The notes below the pieces were generated by a model. It saw nothing but the letters and a program-made list of their open reading frames with translations, was not told the DNA's origin and did no database searches. This document shows positions 51,301-64,000 of a stretch of 64,000 nt of DNA, piece after piece (within the stretch, counting starts at the first letter, position 1; each line of letters starts with the position of its first letter). The stretch comes from Utricularia gibba (taxonomy: Eukaryota > Plantae > Magnoliophyta). The translations under genes and the position numbers were made by a program. The stretch is taken from NCBI GenBank assembly GCA_002189035.1, contig CM007989.1, positions 8,060,001 to 8,124,000 of the forward strand, given 5' to 3'.

Positions 51301-54300
51301 GTTGGCTAAGAAGCATATCACTTCCTGTTTATCTGAGCTTGAGTCAATGCTTAAGTCCGAAGATTTTTTGAGCTCCAACTTCTCTCATCAAAATATGGAA
51401 AGTAGAAAAGAGGATAAAACAACTGCATCTGGTTGTCTTCCTGTTGGCTTTGATCCTACACTTAACAGCCGGTCAGCAGCCCCAACCCCACCCCGTGCTG
51501 TTAAACTGCTGAGCTGGAAAATGGTTAGTTTCGTGGAACCAATTTAGGAAATTACGCGATTGGGATTTTGAGCTGAAGAATCATGTTAACTTACCTTGCA
51601 ACAGGCCATACAATATTTCCAAAAGCTTCTGCATGATTTAAATATTGTATGCTCCTGTTCTTTGGATCCTACTCTCGAAGGCGTTTTGCATTTTGTGGCT
51701 GACTTTCAGAAGTCTCAACCAGATTTGGTATCTCGAGCTCATATCCAGGTTAATCTAAGCTCTGTCTCCTTGCTCGATGCTTTCAATTTTCTCAAGGATG
51801 ACTGACCGAACATCAACAAAAGTAAAAGCTAAATGCTTGCCCACTTAGAAGTGATTTCGAATCACTGACACAAGGCTCTGCCTCTAAACAATCGATCCAA
51901 CTTTGCCTGGTTTAGAGGCCATCTTTTTGTGTAGTGTTATAATCTTCTCTTGTTTTCTCATTTCTAGTGTGTCATTTTCCTAAAATTTTATTTGATCCTT
52001 TTTTTCATTAATAATTTTCAATGTTCTCAGTACTCCCACTATGTCACTTTAACTTAGACTAGAATGAATAATCAGTTTTGAGGAAGATTAAAATGAACAT
52101 AGAGAGCTATGGCTATTGGAGCCATGGTGTTGCTCATGAATTACATTCTGCTTTTTGTTTGGGGTATCTCATGAAGCTTTGAGTTTCGAATGTTTTTGAA
52201 AGTCTTTGGTGCCTTATGCCAATTACTATAATACTGATGACAACTTGACAGCTTCTGTTGGTACAAGATGGGAAGCTCTATGGACGTGAATCTATGTTTT
52301 CTGTTATTTGCAATGCTGCCCTCCTACCGGATTGGGCTAAAGGTCATGATATCCAGAGGAATGAATCCGTTAAACACTTAGTGCAGGTGCAGTGCACAAA
52401 TCTTTTTACTGGATTTGAACTCCTATTTTTTGTGTTTGAGCTTGGCTAAAACACAGTTGGTGGGGGACTTTTCCTTCCAAATCAACAATTTAATTCAGTA
52501 AGTGTCTCATTGTGTTTGAAACTGAAATCTGATGAAGTTCATGTTTTGTGAAATGCAGCTGTTAATCGGTATGCTAAGAATCCTCTGCACAAATGTTGCA
52601 TGGCAACGACGTAAACTTGGGAAAATATTACAGGATTGGCGCATAATTTTTCTTCAGGTCACATTTTTGCAATTTTATGTTCCAATTACATCATAGTTCA
52701 CATCTAGGAAAACATTTCTAATCATATACAAATTTGTAAACAGCTGGACCTAGCTTTCAGAAGGGATCTTGGGATACCACCAGCACTTCAACTAATGAAG
52801 TATGTCCCTATGAATTTTATGAACACTTCATCACCTTTAACATGAATACTTTTGATGCTCTCATAATAAGAACAAAATATATTCCGACGAGCATGAAAAA
52901 AAGGCATTTAAAATAAAATAAGGCCTTTTCAGTTTACAATTGTCAATTTTCTTTTTTCCTTTTATCTTGGAAATTTCAGCTCTTCGTAATCCATGTTAGC
53001 AGACTCTTTCTGTAATCCATTCCTTTCATTGCCTATAGACTCTTTGTATGAAGATTTGCAAGCACATCCTCATATGGGTGGATCAGCAAACATATTGGGT
53101 AGCGCTGCGTTTCCTCTTGTTAGGTTTTGAGTTAGAGCTTTATTCGTCTAGTGAATATTGCATGGTGTATTGGTACATTCATATCATCCTCATCAAACTT
53201 GCTGAGAAAACACAACTTAAAATGATGCTGGGCGCTGAGACTTGTGAGCCATTCTTTCTTTCCTCAGTTCTTTTATATATTTTATGTTGTTTTAAGATGA
53301 ATGAACGGTGTTTATACCAATCTATTGTCATTTTGTGCTGCCTCTGAAACAGATCCTCGAAAACCAAAGGAGAAGAGAGATTTGGTCAAATTTTCAGGGA
53401 AGGACCATCATGTCTACCCCGTGGTTTTATTGCTACAGTGTTATATTCATGTAGCAGAAGGTCTCATGAGGGTAAACCAACTCGCAGTGCTCATGTTTTT
53501 ACATTTTGATCCCAAGACTCTTCCTGACAAGCTTTGATATGTCGGGAATGCAGATTATCATCTGGAGTAGTTTAATTCTGAAGAGCATGCACATTTTTGG
53601 TTATCTACCTGCACCTAAGATCCCTCATTTTTCAATATTTCAGATGCTTGCTTCCTTGAGGAACGAAAACAAAATGTTCCTTTGTTTCGGCCCATTCAAC
53701 AGCGAAAGGGAGGTACTCTCTTCTCTATCTGAAACATTGCCATATATTGGCGCTTAGAACATCCTTCAGTCTTTGAGGCCGAATGGAAAATGAACTCCTC
53801 CCTCCCTAAGAATCGATAACCCATTTGATCCAGTACTCCTATCATGATACTTACAATATTCTGTGGTTTCCCCAGAGATTCATGCAACACTTTGAAATGC
53901 TACAAAAGGCTTGCCTTCCTGATCATGCATCATACTTTTCGTTCACGGAGTCAACCGCTCATGCTCGCTTCAGTGTAAGCAACTATGAAGTCCCCTTATT
54001 TTTTTTCAAGCAAACATTTAGCTATGAAAACTTGCTCCACGTTGTGTGTCCCTGAGCCTTGCCTGCAAACAATTTACAAATTGTTTCATTTCGGCAGACT
54101 GCATCTACTTATAGCTGCTTCAGAGATGCTCAGAGGATCGCCAAGGATTTGCGAGGTTATTTTTCGAGCGATCCCGATAAAATGGCAGAGATACGGCAGT
54201 TAGAGCAGGTGGCGGAACACAACAACGTGGCCCTAAACCTGCTTTGCCGGTTAGGGACTCTCGAACCATCGCTTAAAGTTTCATTCGAATTCACGCACCA

Positions 54301-54337
54301 TCCACACTTCGCGACTGCTTCTGTGAAGAGGTCTTGA
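48371..54337 (+). CDS. NAA35: N-alpha-acetyltransferase 35, NatC auxiliary subunit (MAK10), ~16 exons
   Basis: [23 protein letters not shown]|[64 protein letters not shown] and a C-terminal [12 protein letters not shown]. Consistent GT-AG junctions can be traced. Confidence 0.9.
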
Positions 54338-55722
54338 TGCCTCAAGAATTTTGATGCCCTTCCTTGGAATTGTAGTATCCTTCCCGTCCATTTCATCCTC
54401 AGATGTATAGATGTCTTTGATCTCGGGGAGTCGATTGCTCCGGTGGTACGTTTCTCTGTAAAGGGTGTTGCAACTCGTTTGTATCGGTTCTTTCGTTTGC
54501 TTCTCTGGTGGCGATTACTTCAGTGCGTTGGGTTTGCAGCGCCGCCGTGTCTGATTATGAGCCGTCTGGTCGAAACCCTAGGAAAGAGAATTAAGGGGAT
54601 TTTTCTTTTGTTGACAAAATTTTGAATGTTGATTTTATTCCTTTAATATGAATAATGGTTTGGGTATTTTTGTTCTGGTATTTTCCCTAACGTGTTGAAT
54701 GTATCAAAGAAGAGGTTTTTAAATGCGGCTGTTTTCGACTTTTCGCCCGTGGTGAATTTCAAAGTCAAACTTGACAGTTTGGCCGAATGTTGATCAACGG
54801 AAGAGAAGAAATGGTAAATAGATTCAATTTTGGAGGGCTTTTTCTTCGCATCATAACCTGAAAACACTATTTTTTTTTTTTGAATTAGATGACTTGTTTG
54901 TTGAGAAGTGGGTTGACAGATGTGAGCTGGAGATAAAGCAGATAGGAAGAGATAGATGGAACAAAAGACATGAATGAGTAGTGAAGAGAGACATTGACCT
55001 CGATGGGAAGCTGTACTTTACCGTTGTCCTTTAATGGCTATCATTAGTATTTATGCCCAGTAAAAAGAAGTCGACCGACGGGACAAAGTGATCTAAGGAT
55101 ACGACTCTAGTTGTAGAGGAGGGCGATTCTTGCATCTCTACAAGGAACCCACTGAGAAAAGGGAATTCCACCATAACCCCTTTTTTCGCCCACGTTTTGT
55201 GGCTGAAGATCTGACGTTTTTTGGGCGCTTTCATCTGGGTGTGTTTCTTTTGGCCCTGTTTATTCTGGTAATCGTTTCATTTCTCGTGGTTTTTGAGCTC
55301 AAGCTCTTGGTGGGTGATTTTCGTATCCGTTGGGATCATATGGGTCCGTTGTGATCTGATTTGGGACTAAGTTGTGGGTTTTGCATGTTTTGATTGAATT
55401 TTATACTACTTGCTTAAATATGTCTTCTTGCTTCTTATTCGCTATGGTGGACGAGTAGGCATAGTCTGTTCGCTTGATGTTGTTTGGAGATCTGAACAGT
55501 ATTTTGTCAATCCTAAAATGAAACTAGCAATTCAGAGGAATTTTGTAAATTATCTTAGTATGCTCTTAATGAGCTACTTAATGTTCTTGGATGGATTTCG
55601 TTCCATGTAGATCCGCAGTCTTAGATCTATTTACCATCTCTTTATTGCCTTTTTCTGGTAACGCGATTCATGATGCAGACTGGGAAATTTACTGCTTAAC
55701 CTTTACAAATTGTTCGTAGAGA

Positions 55723-58700
55723 ATGTCAAGTGGAGGCACACAGAACGGGTTGCGGAAAACTCTTGGAGCTCTGAAGGACAGCACCACTGTCAATCTAGCA
55801 AAAATAAACAGCGAGTACAAGGTATGGTTTGGCTTTGACTGATGTGTAACATTCCTTTTGTCGTAGATAGATACATGTGCTCTTTTGTATGAAAACAGTG
55901 AGTTGGTTACTCAGTATTCCGATCCTGTACCTTTGTGGAATATAATCCACCTTGAGTGAGTAGAGCCAAGGCAGAAGAGGGATGGTCCTAAGTGGAGCAG
56001 GCCCTCGTCACATGGATAATATTAACCAGTGCATTTTCAGGAGTTGGATATTGCAATTGTCAAGGCTACGAATCATGAGGAAAGACCAGCAAAAGAGAGG
56101 CATATTAGAGGTCCGCATATCAAAATTGATTATGTTGCACATTCTTTTCATGTATGATAAACAAATCTCTTCTTCCTAATTTGCAGCTGTACTGGCTGCC
56201 GTGTCTGCTACTAGGCCTAGAGCTGATGTTTCTTATTGTATACATGCACTAGCTAGACGACTCTCGAGGACTCATAACTGGGCGGTATGTCATGTGTTGG
56301 AACCCCTTTGCTAGTATATAATGCCAGTTTTTCTAGCATTTTGAGTGCTGGATGAATTTGATTCACATTCATCTCAAATCACTGTCTTTTTACTGCACAT
56401 CGATGCATTCTTTTCATTTTCCCACTCTATAGGTTGCCTTGAAAAGTTTGGTTGTGATACATCGTGCACTGAGAGAGGTGGACCTCTCCTTCCAGGAAGA
56501 GCTAGTCAACTATTCAAGGAGCATGGGCCATATGCTTAACATGGCTCATTTCAAGGATGATTCTAGCCCTGATGGTACGAAATTTATATTTTAGTAGCTT
56601 TAGGGACGTGTACAGTCACAACAGTCGGTTGTTAATTCCATTGTCTATCCAGCTTGGGACTATTCTACTTGGGTGCGCTCTTATGCGTTGTTTTTGGAGG
56701 AAAGGTTGGAATGCTTCAGAGTCTTGAAGTACGACATAGAGAAGGATCATGCAGTGAGATCTTCTTTTCTGGTTTTCTCGTACTAAACTATGATTTTAGA
56801 TGCATGTTTTAGCCGCATCTAAAACCTAAATTTTGATACAGAGAACGAAAGACCTGGACACTCCACATTTGCTTGAGCAATTACCTGCGCTGCAGCAACT
56901 TCTCTACCGTGTAGTTGGCTGTCAGGTAGTGTCTGCTCTACGAAAGAGATGAATAAAAAATGACTCACTCAACCCACGTTTACCTGACTTTTGTGATACA
57001 ACATGCAGCCACAAGGAGCAGCAGCTCGTAATGTAGTCATTCGGGTAGCACTATCCCTGGTGCGTTATTCATTGCTTAAAATGATTTATACATGGAAATC
57101 GTTATCAAAAGGAAGTGTTGTATTTCTCATTAACCATTTCATATGATCGTCTTCATGATTTCCTGCAGGTTGCTTCTGAGAGCATCAAGATTTACAGTGC
57201 AATTAGTGATGGAAATGTCAATCTCGTTGATAAGGTAGTAAGATTAGCTACATTTTTTTTTATTGATTCAGCTTCAGTTCTGTCTCAGAAGCTAATATGA
57301 ATATGGTGGACATGTGCATATTCATACCGACTACATTCTTTTTGCTATGGTAGTTCTTTGAGATGAAAAGTTCTGATGCGCTTAAGGCAATGGATATCTA
57401 TCGGAGAGCTGGCCTGCAGGTGCTCATGCTGTAACATATCATGATTTTTCTATTCTCTTAGATGAATTTCTATGGATTATATGCAAAAAATATGTAGGCA
57501 GAGAGACTTTCTGACTTCAATGAGATGATCAGAAATATTGTTGACATAGGACGTGGAGAAAGGTTCATGAAGATTGAACAGGTTAGTACTTCCACAGAAA
57601 ATACTCATTGCTCGGTATGTTTCTTACTCTCTGTTAAACTATGAAGCCACCCGCTTCATTTTTGCAAGCTATGGAAGAGTATGTACGAGAGGCACCACGC
57701 ACCTCCGCTGCTCTCAAGGATCTGGTACTTGCATCTCAATCTTGTTTTCTGAATTCTAACTTTTAGGAGGCTAGACTATGATGAGCAAGGGCTACAATGC
57801 TCTGCCCCAGGGTGTGTGCAACAGAATGATTCACTTTTTTTTGTGAAACAGGCTGCGGAAAATAAGCCAAAAGAAATTCTGGCAATAGAGGCACCTGCTC
57901 CAGATGCAGAACCAGCTCCAGAGAAAGAAGTGCGTCCACCATCCCCACCTCTGCCGAACCCAGAACCTGAACCTCAAGCTGTTGAACCGATCAAAGAAGA
58001 AACATCTGCTCCTGATTTACTGGTAAATCCTACATCATTGAATCCTCGTTCAGACGTTATGTGTCGTTTTTGGAGCTTATGGCTTGGTGGAGTTCATCTG
58101 CATGCAGGGTCTGAAGGAGCCTTCACCAGCGGCCTTGGAATTAGACGAGAAGAATGCGATGGCTTTAGCCATTGTTCCAGTTGGTAAAAATAGATTCCCT
58201 GCCATGGGAGTTTGATAGTCCAGTTAGCCAATTGCGCCATTAATGATCCATGATCCTTTTCTTGTAGAACATCCAAATTCTGCTCAACCAAGTCTTGCAT
58301 CCGGAGCCACTGGCTGGGAACTAGCCCTTGTCTCTGCACCGACAGCAAATGAAGGTTCAGCTGCTACCAGGAAATTGGTACAAATCCTTCAGCTTGATGT
58401 GACTCTTCTTGCCCTGCATTTTACTCCCTGGCACGGTAACTAAGCATCCATCTCTCTCTTTTCTTGCTACAAGGCTGGAGGGCTCGACAAACTCACACTA
58501 GACAGCCTCTATGACGATGCTATTCAAAGAAATAACCAAACCTCAAATCCATGGGAGCAAGCTTCAATGGGCAACACCTTCACACCTCAAAGCGCACCCC
58601 ATATGTTCTACACTTCCAACACCATGGCCGCTCCACATCCTATGCAGATGGCTGCTATTTCCAACCAACAGCATGGCTTCATTTACCCGCAGCATCCACA

Positions 58701-58815
58701 GATGATGATGATGAATCCACACAATCCATTCGGAAATCCGTTCTCTGCCCCTGGCCAGCCCCATGCTTCCGCCATGCCGGTTCATGGCTACAATCCGTAT
58801 CCTGGCTTCATTTAG
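55723..58815 (+). CDS. PICALM3: ANTH/PICALM clathrin assembly protein (At5g35200/PICALM3-like), complete, multi-exon
   Basis: [20 protein letters not shown]|[38 protein letters not shown]|[45 protein letters not shown] and NPFGNPF. Confidence 0.93.
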
Positions 58816-59295
58816 TGGATTGGAGTGTTATATTTTTTTTCTTGAGCATAGTAGACATGCATACATGGTGGGCGCATCTAGATCATGATTTGCGAAATCC
58901 TTGAGGTAGATGATTGTAACATAATGTGTTGCTGCGGTATGGAGCTTCAAGAATACACAAGATTGATTCATTCATGAATAAAAACTAGTCATTTGTTTGC
59001 TTCTTGAACGCCGGGTTGATTGATTCATACATTTGCAAGTATGTTGTATTCGACAGGGTAGCCATCTTTCAGGAAAGAATCTAACCCCATGGTTTTTACT
59101 ACTTTTCTGCCTTTCTTGCTGTTCACATTCATGAATTTGAAGGTCAAGAGTCTGTTCAAGAACCATTCCAGGCCAAGTTTTGGCTTCTGGATCTTGGCGG
59201 TTAGTTGAGTCCATTTGAATCCAGATCCATGTCTGCACTGCCCTCGGCAAGGATATGAGCCGCAGCTGCTGAATGTTTATCTGCAGATGATACGG

Positions 59296-59335
59296 TTTCT
59301 TCTGTTTCTTCTGTTTCTTCTGTTTCTTCTGTTTA
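59296..59335. repeat. 9-bp microsatellite (TCTGTTTCT)x~4
   Basis: Directly visible as gtttcttctgtttcttctgtttcttctgtttcttctgttt. Confidence 0.85.
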
Positions 59336-60464
59336 TTTGTACTCTTTAATCTGTTCAGGGCGAGGCAGTGCGGGCGGTTATAAGTGATGCATGGGAAGTC
59401 TTCTTTCCTTCCTTGCCTAGCCATTGTGCATGTGGTAGTTCCCACAAATGCAGCAAGTTGAGGATGGCGTTCGACACAACCAATAGATTTTGATGAGAAC
59501 CTTCTGCACCATTAAACACATTAACGACAAGGGTTGCCGAGGATCCACTGTTGAAGTTAGCGCTTCTCAAGAGCGCCTGCCTGCTTTCTGTGCCTTGGGG
59601 TGCATTCACTCTCTGGGCTGCACCACTAACGGTTTGGGCTGGGTAGATTAGTACATCTGGGCTAGTCCGGATTGATTGTATGGGCCAGGCCATGATGATA
59701 GTGTGTGGTGGGCCGAATATCAGATTTAGACTTGGCCGATGGTGGGCTTTGTCGAATAAAGGATGTGGGCTGAGCCGAATCGACGGTACGGACACCTTGG
59801 GCCCCACATCTATTGAAAGTTAGGAATATACGATGATATGTTTAATAAATGAGTTCGTATTATTTAAATTTATAAAAAAAAACATACATTTCATAAAAAA
59901 TATATACTTATAAACATTTATAAAAAAAAACTGCTGAATAAAGATCTTATGAGGATTTAGAAAAATCTATTCATGGAATAGGTTAATATGAAGTAGTAGA
60001 TAGAAATTTTATACAAGTTTAGAAAAAAACCCGCATGTTTACCAAAACAACGTACCTTGATTCCTAAACCTACCTACTAAACATGACCTATAAAGAGTAT
60101 GCTTCATTCCATGGAAAAAAAAAAAAAAGAGTAGCTCTTTAGACAAGAGGCTTCAGCAACTAGACAAGAATGATTCATAAAACATGGCTGGCTCGACTCC
60201 AGCTCAGGTCATTGTCTTCCTTCACCTTTAAGAAGTTGAAGAAGGAACAGCAACACCAACCAGAAAGCCTACTTGAAATGAAACAGGCAGAGGGGCTAAA
60301 TCGAACAAAAACTTATTCTCCAAGTCAAACTGTTTATAATGGCACACACCCTCCTTCAGAGGGATTTTGGATCTGCCGATTCTAACCGGTACATGGAGTA
60401 GCAGCGGCCGACGACACCGATGCATGAGTCATTGAAACGAGATGCGGCTGCTCAGGGTCTACAA

Positions 60465-63400
60465 CTAGTTGATGGGAAGATACCTGATAGGTCCATGCTG
60501 TTTCAGCTTCATGAGAGCATCTTGTATCTTGCCACACTTGAGATCCAAGTAAATGGCGGTAACAATGACTCGTGGGCTGTTGGGCATATCTGCCAGTGCC
60601 TTCATTGCAAGAACGTGTGCACGCTCAAGGTCGCCGAGGAACGCAATGTTGACAGCATAGTTTGCACAGAAGATTGCATGTGCCTCTTCTGGACTGGGGA
60701 ACCAACTCTCCCGTGGTTCATTGGCTACAGTTGCAGGATTTGAAGTTGATGATTCCAAGTCATTTGAATCTTCGCTGTCAACGAACTTCTCAGCCATCCA
60801 CTTCTCTGACAACCATTTTTCGCAGTCATCTCGGGTGCGTGGAAGTTCAACATTGTTCCCATCAGATATATATGTCATCATATAGTTAGCGGCTTCGGTT
60901 GGTCTATTCAGAAGGCATAAAGCTTCCGCTGCGTACATGTTTCCCATAAACATGTACATTTTGGAGCACTCTGGAAGTTCCAATAAAGACTTTGCTCTTA
61001 AAAGTGCCTCCAAAGGATTGCCTAATCCCAGCTCCACATAAGCCAAATCAGCTAGCACGGCTTGCGTAACTAATTGGATCTCCTTCAAACGAATATACTC
61101 ATAGTCAGAGATAGAATTCTGAAAGGATGAGGCCTGGTTGATTGTCTTGTCCTCCTTCACCTCCCCGTTTGAGTTGCTTTTACGTGAACTGGATTCCAAT
61201 GGCAATTCCTTGAGATCATCACCAATGGCTTTGCTGATGTCAGTACCCAGCGGTTGTCGTTCAGAGCTTGGTTTTAGAACAGATCTTGAAAATTTTGCCT
61301 CCGAAGACTCTAACAAAAACAAAGCATTGAGAAGACAGCGGCGGGCACAAGACAGTGATAGATCAGACTGTTTCACACCCCGAGAAAGGAATCATTCCTT
61401 TCAACATTTTTTTTCTGGCCATTGGGCAAAATCCCAGATATGAAAGCAAGCTGCCTCCATTTTCCTTTTCCAACTGGACGGACGTCAATAAATCTTTCAT
61501 TTGCAAAGCAGTTGGGTGTAATCAATCCTTTCTCTAGGGCCATCAGACAACATTCAGCAATTCTTAGCCACAAAAGAGGCCTGTTGTAAAATACCAAACT
61601 GGCTTTCCGGAAGCAGCGAGCAGCTTCATCAGGTCTACCACATGCCAAAGAATGAAGACCACAATTATATGATATCAGAAGAGATTTATCCTGAGAGATA
61701 GCAAGGAGCTTTTGAGGTTTGTCCCTCTGACGTGGGCTGTTCCTCAAGGCTTTGGAGAAAAATATGCCTGATACGTGATGCTTCCCTAGTTGGTGATAGA
61801 TGCACCCAAGATCATTGTAGTACATGCTTAAAATTCCAAGCTCTGTGGGGTTCATCGATGCCATAAGAAGTTTTATTGCCTTACGATAGTTCCTGCGGGC
61901 AAACTCAAGCTCTGATTTCAAATAAAAAGCTACAGGATTATCTTTCCCCCGAGATAAGTTCATGGCCATCTTGACTTCACGCTTAGCTGCCCTAAAATTC
62001 CGAGTGAGAAGGAAAAGGCGAACCTTGTAAAGATGCAGTCTAAGCCTCATATCACTGAGCGATGCGGAGTCCTCTGCTTGGCTTCTTGTGGGGCCGTTAC
62101 AAGATGAAATTGTGGAGCCTCCCTTAGGATCCTTCCCAGTAATGTCCAGTGAGGATAACAGCTGCAATGGTTCATCTTCAAGCTCTTCCTCCAGTAAACT
62201 CCTGCTTAAAGAATTTTCTAACGAGCTAGAGGAAAGGACTTGTTCAGAATGCGGTGAATCAGGAATAGGTCCGGAGTTTGATACAGAAGCAGTATTCGAT
62301 ATGAAATACGATTTCTGTGCGAACAAGGCATTATCTCCCTGATTTGAGAAATTAACGACACAAAACGCTTTCTCCATATAGTTCAGAACATCCTGAGACA
62401 AAAAAAAAAAAAAAATCAAATAAATATATCATGACACCACAAATCTAACACATGGCAAAAATGAAATTCCCCAATGTCATCAACTTCTATTTAATTGTTT
62501 GGACATGTAATGGCTAGGCATTTTTTCATCCGGGCAAAAGGCCACGATGAACAACTAATCATGCTACATGCTCGAAATAAACGTCATGTTGCACAATGAC
62601 CCCTCACGTGACATAGAAAATTCCAACCTGAGACTCCTCTTCCTCCGAAGGGAACATAAATTAAAAATGTGAGACGAGAATTAGATTTCATTCATGTGAC
62701 CAAATCTGTTTCAATAGATGCCAGTTGAAAATCAAAACCAACACCACAAGACTCGCAACTTACAGCACATCTCGATGCATTTTGGCAAATCAATGCGACA
62801 TCCAGCAGCAAAAGGCATATCCGAAGTGCTGTCCCCTGCACCATGAGAATGTCAGGCAAGGGATACCCAAACTCAAGATTCACCACTTTTGATCAGAAAA
62901 TTAACATGAAAATACCTCATCAATAGGTTCGATGTTCTGATACAATGCATCCAAAAATAAGAAGGATTTTGAATACTCATGAAGATGAAACCATGTAACA
63001 GCCTGCAAATGGAACCCATCCACACAGTGTAAGAACCATGACTCAAAGAGTAGGATAAAGAACCAGGGGTAAAAAATACATACAATGTTGAACATTATGG
63101 CAGTATCGATCCCATTGCTATAAATGGGCGATGGACAACAAATCTGATCTAAAACATTAGAATCCCCCTTGGTATTATCTATAGGCTTTTTCCCGTCGCT
63201 GTTACCAGCATCCACGTGCTCTCCATGTGTATGCACAAGCTCATCTGTCCTTTTCTGAAACACAATAACTTTATTATTAAATGATAAATCTGATGCATTG
63301 TCACTGAAAAGGTGAACAAAGTCAAAATATATGCATTCGCATCCATATACAATACTGAAACTTACATGAAACCAAAGAGAGATGTGGATAAATTCGTTAG

Positions 63401-63753
63401 AAAAGATGTTCACTAGAATTTATTGAAGCAAACATGAACAGATGACAGCATAGGTTCGCAACTCAGAAATACTGACTAACAATCCAAGGCCACTCAATTT
63501 TATGGGAGTCTTTCATATCTTCTGTTCAGCACACACATTGATCTAGGCTATGGTTAGTATTTAGCAATAATTCCAGCCATACGAGTACCATGAGCAACGA
63601 TAGCAATATGGTAAAAAGTGAGTGGGCAATGGATAACCCTAATGTATTGGAAGCATTTAAATGCACCTTGATCTTTTCGAGTGCTTCAATCAGCTTCTTT
63701 GGATTTGAACAGCCATCTTGAAAGCTTTCAGCTAGGACAATGTTATGATGCAC
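60465..63753 (-). CDS. CNOT10: CCR4-NOT complex subunit 10 (TPR protein), 3' part; the 5' end is not seen in the window; apparent 1-nt deletion at 61378-61381
   Basis: HNIVLAESFQDGCSNPKKLIEALEKIK, IWFHLHEYSKS..LYQNIEPIDE, RICLLLLDVAL, LHLYKVRLFLLTRN..AKREVKMAM, YNCGLHSLACGRP..YNRPLLWLRIAECC, ARRCLLNAL and YAAEALCLLNRP. One more G joins the two large ORFs as SFLGGVKQSDLS. Confidence 0.92.
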
Positions 63754-64000
63754 CTGATGTTTATATACATAAAAAGGGATGCGTGCGGGTTAGACTAGCA
63801 TGAAATGCAATTTTCAATTTATGAATGACAGTAAAATTGCTCTAGACGGTAGAATCTACTATTATACATATACCCACATGTTGGGGTCAATGACGAAAAA
63901 GGACCTGATCCAAAAAGATGGGAATAAACAAACTACACAACTGCAAAATATCGGCAAAAATTTTCAAGAACTATCCAGGTCCTTATGCCAACTTAAGATT

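Noticed and set aside
60465-62419. CNOT10 as two genes or a pseudogene
   Set aside because: One added base in the run at 61378-61381 gives a continuous reading frame.
1-64000. tRNA, rRNA, snoRNA, canonical MIR hairpins or autonomous TEs
   Set aside because: None were recognisable by eye. A covariance-model search (Infernal/tRNAscan-SE) would be needed to exclude small RNAs in introns.

Overview
Plant (most likely eudicot) nuclear DNA. It is gene-dense, with short introns (many 66-100 nt). Recognisable genes in order: 3' part of an ANTH/PICALM clathrin adaptor (+), CPL4-like CTD phosphatase (+), FIP1[V]/FIPS5-like polyadenylation factor (+), plasma-membrane H+-ATPase (+), NAC factor (-), class II KNOX (+), a 3-exon RGF/GOLVEN peptide precursor that the ORF track splits (-), decayed PHOX/TPR (+) and AVP1 H+-PPase (-) pseudogenes lying tail to tail, TOC90 (+), an intronless ARM-like gene (-), PAP26-like purple acid phosphatase (+), NatC auxiliary subunit NAA35/MAK10 (+), a second ANTH gene (+) and the 3' part of CNOT10 (-). 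Six otherwise intact genes each lack one base in a G/C run, which points to a long-read consensus error rather than pseudogenisation. The most unusual non-coding feature is a tandem array of ~80-bp units at 6.7-7.3 kb. Five of its copies carry a 15-nt perfect complement of miR319 nt 6-20, a core largely shared with miR159. Nested Tourist-like MITEs and several unexplained repeat-bearing intergenic blocks are also present. All protein and miRNA identifications come from remembered family motifs; no database search was run. Exon boundaries were read by eye and may be off by a few nt.
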